Assembly (NCBI GenBank): GCA_046861655.1
Contig: JBHIAI010000049.1
Location: forward strand, 1-12,625
Source: Fidelibacterota bacterium
GTDB taxonomy: Bacteria > Fidelibacterota > Marinisomatia > Marinisomatales > S15-B10
DNA: 12,625 nt
Direction of reading: 5' to 3'
Shown: piece by piece, positions 1-6,590 of the stretch
How positions within the stretch are numbered: position 1 is the stretch's first letter
Layout: each line of letters begins with the position of its first letter
Program-made: the position numbers and the translations under genes
The notes under the pieces: model-generated
The model's database searches: none
Told to the model about the DNA's origin: nothing
The model's input: only the letters and a program-made list of their open reading frames with translations

Positions 1-92
1 TAGTTTCTTTCAACTTCCGTATCCCCACCCAAATCAAGCTTCAACCGTATCCGCGGCAAACACCGGTAGCGATCTTACGCCGGAGAATGCCG

Positions 93-121
93 TTGTGACC
101 TGTCCGCTAAGGGCCTAACTT
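93..121 (+). promoter_or_regulatory. Putative sigma70 promoter of the rib operon
   Basis: TTGTGA (93-98), 17-nt spacer, TAACTT (116-121). The implied start near 128 lies just before riboswitch stem P1 (130). Confidence 0.55.
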
Positions 122-129
122 AGAGCCAG

Positions 130-278
130 TACAAAGTCTTCGGGGCGGGGTGAAAGTCCCCACCGGCGGTTACAGCCCGCGACTCCCGCGTGTCCCGATT
201 ATTTCGGGAACATGTTGGGACTGAACCTGTGAAACTCAGGTGCCGACGGTGACAGTCCGGATGGGAGAAGACATTGTA
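130..278 (+). ncRNA. FMN riboswitch (RFN element) aptamer
   Basis: Hallmark blocks TCTTCGGGGCGGGGTGAAAGTCCCCACCGGCGGT, AGCCCGCGA, GTGAAACTC, GCCGACGGT and AGTCCGGATGGGAGAAG. P1 is GTCTTC (136-141) with GAAGAC (267-272), extendable to 130/278 with one mismatch. It sits directly upstream of ribD. Confidence 0.98.
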
Positions 279-285
279 AGGGTAT

Positions 286-313
286 GCCCCGGAGACTGTT
301 CCGGGGTTTTTTT
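286..313 (+). terminator. Intrinsic terminator of the riboswitch expression platform
   Basis: Hairpin GCCCCGGAG-ACTG-TTCCGGGGT (286-307) running into a T7 tract (307-313). The 5' arm can alternatively pair with aptamer 135-147. Confidence 0.9.
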
Positions 314-1354
314 ATGGGTGACATCGGCTTCATGAAACGGGCGATTGAACTTGCTAGAAAGGGGGCAGGACGGGTATCCCCAAATCCGATGGTGGGGGCC
401 GTGGTTGTCAGAGACGGCGATAGTATCGGGGAAGGATATCACGCCGAGTATGGTGCCACTCACGCAGAGGTGAATGCCATGGGGAACGGGGAAGTAAAGG
501 GGGCCACCCTCTACGTGACGCTGGAGCCCTGTAACCATTACGGACACACCCCTCCCTGCACGGAAAAAATTGTGTCGGAGAAAATTCGACGGGTGGTGGT
601 GGGCTCAATCGATCCAAATCCACGGATGCAGGGGATAAGTCTCGATCGACTGAAGGGGAGTGGCATTGACGTGGATGTGGGGGTGCTGCAGAACGAAACG
701 GACGGGTTGATCCGGTTTTACTCCCACTGGATACAAACGGGTCGTCCGTATGTCACGGTCAAACTGGCTCTCTCCGGCGATGGGTTTATCGCCCGTCCCG
801 AGGGGACTCCTGAATGGATTTCCTGCGTCGAATCAAGGACCGATGTTCACAGAATGCGGGCCGAATACGATGCGGTGCTGGTGGGAACGAATACCGTGCG
901 CGTGGATAATCCGGCCCTGACGGTTCGGGAGGTTTCGGGAAGAAACCCCAATCGAGTCGTCATTGATCGACAGGGGAGAATCGATCGCTCGGCCAGGGTG
1001 TTTGCCGGCAGCGCGGAGAAGGTCTTTTACTTCTCAACGGTCAGAAGAAACGATCTGCATTCAGCTGTTCACCAGACACGGCTGGATCCGGAGCAATTCA
1101 ATCTCTCCACCATCCTGACCATCCTGGGAGGGAACAACCAGCTCTCTGTTCTTGTGGAAGGGGGCGCCTCCATAGCGGAATCGTTCATTCGAGAAAACCT
1201 CTGCAATGAAGTGGTCATCTATCGTTCCCTCACGCATCTGGGGAGCGGGATCGGCTTTGATGAATCGACCGTACGGGTGTACGGATTCAGGGTGATCGAT
1301 CAGACCAGGTCCGGTGTGGACAGGAAGATCACATACCGGAGGGAGCATGTTTAG
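314..1354 (+). CDS. ribD: Bifunctional diaminohydroxyphosphoribosylaminopyrimidine deaminase / 5-amino-6-(5-phosphoribosylamino)uracil reductase
   Basis: Motifs SPNPMVGAVVV, HAE and TLEPCNHYGHTPPC (zinc deaminase), then LVGTNTVRVDNP and VEGGA (reductase). Start placed at ATG 314 (MGDIGFMKRAIELA) rather than 284, which overlaps the switch. Confidence 0.97.
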   Translation: MGDIGFMKRAIELARKGAGRVSPNPMVGAVVVRDGDSIGEGYHAEYGATHAEVNAMGNGEVKGATLYVTLEPCNHYGHTPPCTEKIVSEKIRRVVVGSIDPNPRMQGISLDRLKGSGIDVDVGVLQNETDGLIRFYSHWIQTGRPYVTVKLALSGDGFIARPEGTPEWISCVESRTDVHRMRAEYDAVLVGTNTVRVDNPALTVREVSGRNPNRVVIDRQGRIDRSARVFAGSAEKVFYFSTVRRNDLHSAVHQTRLDPEQFNLSTILTILGGNNQLSVLVEGGASIAESFIRENLCNEVVIYRSLTHLGSGIGFDESTVRVYGFRVIDQTRSGVDRKITYRREHV

Positions 1355-1952
1355 CGGTATTGTGGAGGGAAGGGGTTGTGTTGTTGGGATCAAACGGACG
1401 GGGGAGCTCGTCACCCTGACAGTTGAAGCTGGTCGGATAGCGGACGGGGTGGACGTGAATGACAGCGTGGCCGTGGATGGAGTTTGCCTAACAGTGATAG
1501 CGAAAGAGGGCAGCCGCCTGACATTCGATCTTGTTCCTGAAACGGTAACAAAGTCAACGCTCGGCCCGGAGGCCGAGGGAAGATTTGTGAATCTGGAACG
1601 GTCGCTGGGTGCCATGAACCGGATTGATGGGCACCTCATTCAGGGCCATGTGGACTGTATGGGAAACATTGTTGCCATTGAAGATCTGGGTGAAAGCCTG
1701 GTGATCGATTTCGAGGTCCCCCATCGTTTTTCGAACCTGATTGTTGAACGCGGTTCGGTGGCCATTGACGGAATCAGCCTCACGGTTGCGGAGTGTTCTG
1801 GGAATCAATTCCGTGCCGCTTTCATTCCCCACACATTGGAGCTCACCACAATGGGTGAGCACAAGGTAGGTGATCCGGTCAACGTGGAATTCGACATGAT
1901 CGGGAAATACGTGGTTAAAACAGTAGAAGCGTGGAAAGGGGTTACGTCCTGA
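1347..1952 (+). CDS. ribE: Riboflavin synthase (alpha chain; called ribC in E. coli)
   Basis: N-terminal MFSGIVE, then SVAVDGVCLTV, VNLERS, GHLIQGHVD, GSVAIDGISLTV, IPHTLELT and VNVEFD. GGAGGGAG lies just upstream, and the start overlaps the ribD end. Confidence 0.97.
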   Translation: MFSGIVEGRGCVVGIKRTGELVTLTVEAGRIADGVDVNDSVAVDGVCLTVIAKEGSRLTFDLVPETVTKSTLGPEAEGRFVNLERSLGAMNRIDGHLIQGHVDCMGNIVAIEDLGESLVIDFEVPHRFSNLIVERGSVAIDGISLTVAECSGNQFRAAFIPHTLELTTMGEHKVGDPVNVEFDMIGKYVVKTVEAWKGVTS

Positions 1953-3187
1953 TGGGAGGTCACAGGGACCTATCGTCCATAGAAGACGCCTTGGAGTCAA
2001 TTCGCCGTGGTAAGATGGTGATTGTGAAGGACGATGAGAAACGGGAGAACGAAGCTGACTTTATCATGCCAGCGGAGACGGCCACCCCAGAGGCTATCAA
2101 TTTCATGTGCAGATACGGTCGAGGATTGATTTGCGTGGCCCTAAGTGAGGAACGAGCGGGGGAATTGGGACTTGAGGAAATGGTTGGGAACAATACGGCA
2201 CTGCACGGAACCAGATTCACAGTCTCTGTGGATGCAATGAACAACACCACCACGGGAATTTCCGCATTCGACCGGTTCGAAACGATTCGCGCTTTGATTG
2301 ATCCGGAAACCACGCCCCGGGACCTGGGGAGACCGGGTCACGTTTTCCCGTTGGTTGCCCGTCCGGGAGGTGTCCTGGAACGTGCCGGGCATACGGAGGC
2401 CGCCGTTGACCTGTCCCGCCTGGCCGGGTTCGGCGGCGCTGGTGTGATCACGGAAATCCTCGATGATGACGGTCGCATGGCACAGAGTGACCGACTTTTC
2501 AGGTTGGCGGAGCAACATGGGTTGAAGATCATGAGCATCGCCGACCTGATTACCTACCGTCAGCGCAGGGAAAAGCTTGTTGAATGTGAGGCGGTATCCG
2601 AATTACCCAGCCGGTGGGGTGACTTCAAGCTACGTCTCTACAGGAATATCATAACGGATGAGTGCCACCTGGCGTTGGTGAAGGGGACAATCAAACATGG
2701 GTCGACAGTCTTGGTTCGCGTTCACTCCGAATGTCTCACAGGCGACGTGTTGGGATCATTTCGCTGCGACTGCGGCGATCAGTTAAGGCAGTCTCTTAAA
2801 ATGATCGGGAGATCGGGGTCGGGGGTTCTTCTCTATTTACGGCAGGAGGGTCGGGGAGTGGGACTCAACCATAAGATCAAAGCCTATGAGTACCAGGATC
2901 GCGGCATGGATACTGTGGAAGCCAATGAGAAGCTCGGGTTCTCGCCCGATCTCCGGGAGTACGGAACTGGGGCCCGTATTCTTTACGACCTGGGGGTCCG
3001 GAAAATGCGCCTTCTGACCAATAATCCCCAAAAGATCGTTGCGTTTGACGGGTATGGCCTGAAGGTGGTTGAGCGGGTCCCCCTGGAGACGGTTCCCCGG
3101 GATGCCAACCGGAAGTATCTGGAAACCAAGAGGGACAAGCTGGGTCATCTCATACTGGGAAATGGCGGCAAACGGGATGATGGCTGA
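1952..3187 (+). CDS. ribBA: Bifunctional DHBP synthase / GTP cyclohydrolase II
   Basis: RibB motifs DDEKRENEAD, GLICV, TTGISAFDR, RPGHVFPL and RAGHTEAAVDL. RibA motifs RVHSECLTGD, CDCGDQL, QEGRG and LLTNNP. The start is in a TGATG overlap with the ribE stop. Confidence 0.97.
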   Translation: MGGHRDLSSIEDALESIRRGKMVIVKDDEKRENEADFIMPAETATPEAINFMCRYGRGLICVALSEERAGELGLEEMVGNNTALHGTRFTVSVDAMNNTTTGISAFDRFETIRALIDPETTPRDLGRPGHVFPLVARPGGVLERAGHTEAAVDLSRLAGFGGAGVITEILDDDGRMAQSDRLFRLAEQHGLKIMSIADLITYRQRREKLVECEAVSELPSRWGDFKLRLYRNIITDECHLALVKGTIKHGSTVLVRVHSECLTGDVLGSFRCDCGDQLRQSLKMIGRSGSGVLLYLRQEGRGVGLNHKIKAYEYQDRGMDTVEANEKLGFSPDLREYGTGARILYDLGVRKMRLLTNNPQKIVAFDGYGLKVVERVPLETVPRDANRKYLETKRDKLGHLILGNGGKRDDG

Positions 3188-3635
3188 TTTCAGGGGGAAA
3201 TCCATTGGTCTCATTGTGAGCAGGTTTTATGCTGACCTTTCAGAAAAAATGGTTGAAGGGTCGATCCGAAAGTACGTGGAGCTGGGGGGAGAGTTAGACA
3301 ACCTGGTAACGTGTGACGTGCCCGGTTCCTTTGAGATTCCCCAGGCAGCCCAGAAAATGGTCGATACCGGACGGTTTGATGCGGTTGTCTGCCTGGGCAT
3401 TGTCATTCGGGGTGAAACCCCACATTTCGATTACGTGTGCGAAAACGTGACGCGGGGCGTAGGCCAGGTCGCCCGGAACGCGGGCATTCCCGTCATATTC
3501 GGGGTGCTCACAACGGAAAACCGGGAACAGGCAGGTGACAGGCTCGGAGGCTCGAAAGGACACAAGGGAGAGCAGGCTATGGTAGCGGCGTTGGAGATGA
3601 TGCAGGCTCTGGATCAGATTCGACAGCTGGGGTGA
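3177..3635 (+). CDS. ribH: 6,7-dimethyl-8-ribityllumazine synthase
   Basis: Motifs VPGSFEIP, LGIVIRGETPHFDYV, PVIFGVLTTEN and AALEM. The start is uncertain (ATG at 3162, 3177 or 3180) and overlaps the ribBA end. Confidence 0.96.
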   Translation: MMADFRGKSIGLIVSRFYADLSEKMVEGSIRKYVELGGELDNLVTCDVPGSFEIPQAAQKMVDTGRFDAVVCLGIVIRGETPHFDYVCENVTRGVGQVARNAGIPVIFGVLTTENREQAGDRLGGSKGHKGEQAMVAALEMMQALDQIRQLG

Positions 3636-3647
3636 TTGGACTATTTC

Positions 3648-4475
3648 TTAGTTCAAGGAGGCCTGCCTCCACAGTGCCGTAATCCCCGTGACCGATGCAA
3701 GCCACGCGGCAACCTCGGGAAGACTGGGATTTCCGTTCCAACCGAAAAGCCCGGCGGCGATGGATCCCAGGAGCCCTTTTTCGTGCAACAAGGGATAATT
3801 GCCATTCGGGAGCCTGGGTGGGTTGATGTCCCAGAGGGCACCCGCGTAAGGGATCAAACCAGCTTCCTCAAATTCGTGGATTCCGTGGGCGATGAGACCG
3901 GCGGCCAGAAGGATCAGCAAGATAGAGCTGACATCGAAAAACGTTTTCAAGGGGAGCTTTCTGCCCTGGGAGAATATGAGATAGCCGATGACAACGGCGG
4001 CCAGACTGCCGGTTACTGAGGTGGCCAGGGACAGTCCTCCCTGGTTTATGGTCACGCCGTAGAGGAACAAGACCGTTTCGACCCCTTCCCTCAATACTGC
4101 CACGAACGCCAGGGCGAAGATCCCCACTCCAGCTCCCAGGTTTCCCGTAATGGCTGAACGGGCCCGGTTTTCGATATGGCGGGAAACGTTTTTGTTTCTG
4201 GCCATCCAGACAATCATGGTGCTCAGGATAACGGCGGCGAGGATCATGACGGTCCCCTCAAAAATCTCTTCCCCCCTGCCGGTGAGCCCTCCCGCCACCA
4301 ACTGAATGATCAGAGCGGCGAACACACTGGCCGCCAGGGCGGCTGCGACGCCATTCCACAGCTTCGGCAGCAATTCAGTCCTCTCCGATTTGACCAGAAA
4401 GGTATAGACAATACCCACGACCAGGGCTGCTTCCAATGTCTCGCGAAACGTGATCAGGAATTCAGCAGTGCCCAT
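3648..4475 (-). CDS. FTR1/EfeU-family (OFeT) iron permease
   Basis: Two RExxE motifs (FRETLEA, LREGVET), about seven hydrophobic segments and a C-terminal LFGW..PS motif. AAGGAG SD upstream. Lies downstream of fur. Confidence 0.95.
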   Translation of the reverse strand: MGTAEFLITFRETLEAALVVGIVYTFLVKSERTELLPKLWNGVAAALAASVFAALIIQLVAGGLTGRGEEIFEGTVMILAAVILSTMIVWMARNKNVSRHIENRARSAITGNLGAGVGIFALAFVAVLREGVETVLFLYGVTINQGGLSLATSVTGSLAAVVIGYLIFSQGRKLPLKTFFDVSSILLILLAAGLIAHGIHEFEEAGLIPYAGALWDINPPRLPNGNYPLLHEKGLLGSIAAGLFGWNGNPSLPEVAAWLASVTGITALWRQASLN

Positions 4476-4510
4476 TCAAGATCTCTCCTTCTTAGCTTGA
4501 TGTATTCATC

Positions 4511-4612
4511 CACCACAGAAATCACAGAGAGTTCATCAGGATACTGGATTCCGGATACTTGATCCTTGCCATTCTGTACTTGTTGTTCTCTGTGAGTTCA
4601 GTGTCTCCATGG
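4511..4612. repeat. Imperfect inverted repeat with 9-nt periodic arms enclosing a 4x heptamer tandem
   Basis: CACAGAAATCACAGAGA (4514-4530) and TCTCTGTGAGTTCAGTG (4587-4603) are complementary at 15 of 17 positions. Between them lie GATACTG GATTCCG GATACTT GATCCTT (4540-4567). Confidence 0.7.
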
Positions 4613-4688
4613 GGAACAGTCGAGTTAGTTCTCGTCCAGCAGGGTTCCCAGCCGACCTGGAGGTTCCAGATCCTTGCAGCCGGGAGAA

Positions 4689-5126
4689 TCACCGATTCCT
4701 CTGGCACTCCTCGCAAAGGCCAAACAGCTGGTGTACATGACGGACCAGCTTGTAACGGTATCGGCTGGAGATCTTCTCCTGAAGTTTTTCGATTTCGGGA
4801 CTCAAGAATTCTTCGATTCTTCCACACCGGATACAGATCAGGTGATCGTGGTGGGAACAGTCCAGCCAGTGTTCATAACGCCACTTGCCGTCTCCGATGT
4901 CCATCCGGCGAACCAGGTCATGTTTATGGAGGATATCCATGGTGCGGTAGACCGTGGCCCGGGACACATGAACATTCCTGTCCCGGAGAGTGAGGTAGAT
5001 TTCCTCCGCCTCCCGGTGTTGATCGGAGGCACAGACTTCCTTGAACACCTCATGCCGCTGAGGGGTGAACTTGAGATTCTCCTCCTTCAGCACTTCCCTG
5101 AATTTTTCGAGCTCAAGTTCGGTCAT
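4689..5126 (-). CDS. fur: Fur-family transcriptional repressor, probably iron-responsive Fur
   Basis: Motifs TPQR, SRATVYRT, HHDHLICIRCG and GLCEEC. Upstream of an FTR1 gene with a Fur-box-like site. Zur, Mur or PerR specificity is not excluded from protein sequence alone. Confidence 0.93.
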   Translation of the reverse strand: MTELELEKFREVLKEENLKFTPQRHEVFKEVCASDQHREAEEIYLTLRDRNVHVSRATVYRTMDILHKHDLVRRMDIGDGKWRYEHWLDCSHHDHLICIRCGRIEEFLSPEIEKLQEKISSRYRYKLVRHVHQLFGLCEECQRNR

Positions 5127-5138
5127 GGGTCCGGTTGT

Positions 5139-5153
5139 TGAGACTGAATCTCA
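5139..5153. promoter_or_regulatory. Fur-box-like 7-1-7 operator
   Basis: TGAGATT-C-AGTCTCA on the minus strand is 6/7 symmetric and resembles TGATAAT-N-ATTATCA. It lies 13-27 nt upstream of the fur ATG, over the predicted +1. Confidence 0.75.
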
Positions 5154-5157
5154 TTAA

Positions 5158-5186
5158 AATCTAAGTCCGCCCAGGGATGTTGGCAA
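5158..5186 (-). promoter_or_regulatory. Putative sigma70 promoter of fur-FTR1
   Basis: Minus strand TTGCCA (5186-5181), 17-nt spacer, TAGATT (5163-5158). Confidence 0.7.
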
Positions 5187-5263
5187 CACATTCCTGGCTG
5201 CCGGGACCCTTGGGTCGGTTGTGAAAAGAGGGCGGTGCAACCATTCTTGCGGCGAGCTAACCC

Positions 5264-5293
5264 TTGCGTTAGTCCCCTTTTGGATTGTATTAT
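5264..5293 (+). promoter_or_regulatory. Putative sigma70 promoter of the DUF1232 gene pair
   Basis: TTGCGT (5264-5269), 18-nt spacer, TATTAT (5288-5293). Confidence 0.45.
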
Positions 5294-5382
5294 CATAAAA
5301 GGGGAAGGTGCTGGCGGGGTATCCATCGATGGTGTTCGAACTTTTGGCGACGATATTGATCTTTCATTGAGAACAGGAAACC

Positions 5383-5817
5383 ATGCCTGAGACGGACAAA
5401 GGGTACCGGGGGTTCTATGAGGATCTTGTGGAGAAAGTTCAGGATTATGAAGGGAGACGACAGAGAACAATCCGCCTGGCCCCCAAGTTTTTCAAGCTGA
5501 TGACCAATCTCCTTGAGGACAGGAAAACCCCTAAGGAGGCCAGGTCGCTGATCAGTTCCGCCATCGCCTATTTTGTGGTCCCGAGGGATGTTATTCCTGA
5601 GAAAGTCTTTGGACCGCTGGCTTTGATCGATGATGTCTTTGTTTGCCTGCATGTGACGAAAAAACTGTCCGGGATGATGGACAACGAATGGGTCAGTACC
5701 CATTGGGAAGGAGACGAATCTCTTGTGGACCTTGTGGATGAGCTGTATCCGCTGGCGGAGAAGTATGTGGGTCATGCAAAGGAAAAGATTCTGAACTATG
5801 TGGGATTGGATTCCTAG
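5383..5817 (+). CDS. DUF1232 / YkvA-family protein
   Basis: AIAYFVVPRDVIPEKVFGPLALIDD fits the family pattern Y..sP.D.IP....G....DD. AGGA SD upstream. Confidence 0.85.
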   Translation: MPETDKGYRGFYEDLVEKVQDYEGRRQRTIRLAPKFFKLMTNLLEDRKTPKEARSLISSAIAYFVVPRDVIPEKVFGPLALIDDVFVCLHVTKKLSGMMDNEWVSTHWEGDESLVDLVDELYPLAEKYVGHAKEKILNYVGLDS

Positions 5818-5834
5818 ACCTGCAGGGACAAGAA

Positions 5835-6308
5835 ATGCTTATTGATCACATTATTCAGATTCGAGGGGAAGCGGCCCGTCCCCAAATGCTAAGAGCTTTT
5901 ACCGACATTTTCGGGTGGGACCTTGAGAAGCAGGACTTTGGGTTTGGAACCTCGATTAATTTCGTCAAGGGAGTTTTCGGAGAGCTGGCCTCCACGGTAG
6001 AAGGCCCGGTAAGGGACTCGGATCCTTCCTACATTACCTCCATCGTTTCCCTCCTTTCGGCCGCGGGGGAGCTGCAGGGTGTCCGAGATGAAGAGTTCTT
6101 CATGGATGCCGAAGCTCTTGCGAGTCTCCCCTTTGAATTCAAGGCAGATTTCCTCCATCCCCTTCTGCTTGAGCACTGGTGTTCGGGGTTTCTTGCCTGG
6201 TTGGGACAGAGATATGTGGCCATGGACAGTGAGTGTTTTGAGGGGTTAAGGAAGCAGTTCGAAAAGGGTGGGATATCCATCCAGGTCATTGAACCCTTTG
6301 CGACTTAG
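5835..6308 (+). CDS. Hypothetical protein (157 aa, acidic)
   Basis: Starts 17 nt after the DUF1232 stop with AGGGA upstream. Natural globular composition. No motif recognised. Confidence 0.7.
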   Translation: MLIDHIIQIRGEAARPQMLRAFTDIFGWDLEKQDFGFGTSINFVKGVFGELASTVEGPVRDSDPSYITSIVSLLSAAGELQGVRDEEFFMDAEALASLPFEFKADFLHPLLLEHWCSGFLAWLGQRYVAMDSECFEGLRKQFEKGGISIQVIEPFAT

Positions 6309-6411
6309 CGTCCCTCCCCCGGATCATCCAATCGCTGGCGGTTTCCCCGGCGATCATCCCCTTCGAAATCCTTGATGACGCCCCGGGGTTTCAATCCGCG
6401 ATAGCACCTGA

Positions 6412-6440
6412 TTGACAACCCAGGTCATTTTTCCTATCTT
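6412..6440 (+). promoter_or_regulatory. Near-consensus sigma70 promoter
   Basis: TTGACA (6412-6417), 17-nt spacer, TATCTT (6435-6440). The implied +1 falls in the G run near 6446-6447. Confidence 0.8.
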
Positions 6441-6445
6441 GAAGG

Positions 6446-6590
6446 GGGGTACGGTTTGACGGGTGAGTCGGCCGTGGGTCTCTTGTCTGGGGGTTCCTGT
6501 AGGCGGACACAGCCTTCGTTGGTTCGCATCCTCCACACCCGTCCATGTGGTGAGGACGCAAAATCGTATCTTGCCGCGAAACCGCGGCCA
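6446..6590 (+). ncRNA. Candidate structured leader or small RNA of unknown family
   Basis: Begins at the predicted +1. Closing stem 6446-6457/6561-6572, perfect 8-bp pairing 6458-6465/6536-6543, two internal hairpins, and a GC hairpin at 6573-6588. Confidence 0.35.

Noticed and set aside
1..92. Possible 5' end of a minus-strand gene (TTG near 13 with GGGG upstream)
   Set aside because: Too few codons in the window to support a call.
284..313. ORF-track ribD start at ATG 284
   Set aside because: It overlaps the terminator/antiterminator, has no suitably spaced SD, and the extension MPRRLFRGFF is translated hairpin and T tract.
3220..3230. RibH SRFY instead of the usual RFN
   Set aside because: The aromatic substrate-stacking residue is retained and, from recollection, RFY occurs in other lumazine synthases.
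4500..4560. Hammerhead ribozyme (CTGATGA on the minus strand)
   Set aside because: GAAT instead of GAAA follows, and stems I and II cannot be formed convincingly.
4476..4688. Small FeoA-like or cupredoxin gene between fur and FTR1
   Set aside because: No minus-strand frame has such motifs. The listed ORFs here translate repeat sequence or overlap fur.
5281..5295. Second Fur box (TGGATTGTATTATCA)
   Set aside because: Only the ATTATCA half matches, and it is explained by the AT-rich -10 region.
6391..6410. Resemblance to the Alu domain of large SRP RNA (CAATCCGC..TAGCA)
   Set aside because: No pairing partner upstream and no helix-8 CAGG..GGAA..AGCAG motif.
6444..6545. tmRNA 5' end (GGGGGGTACGGTTTGACGGG) or tRNA-like fold (GGTTCGCATCC)
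   Set aside because: No T-arm plus acceptor and CCA end within ~400 nt, the T stem would have only 2 bp, and the downstream sequence is a good CDS.
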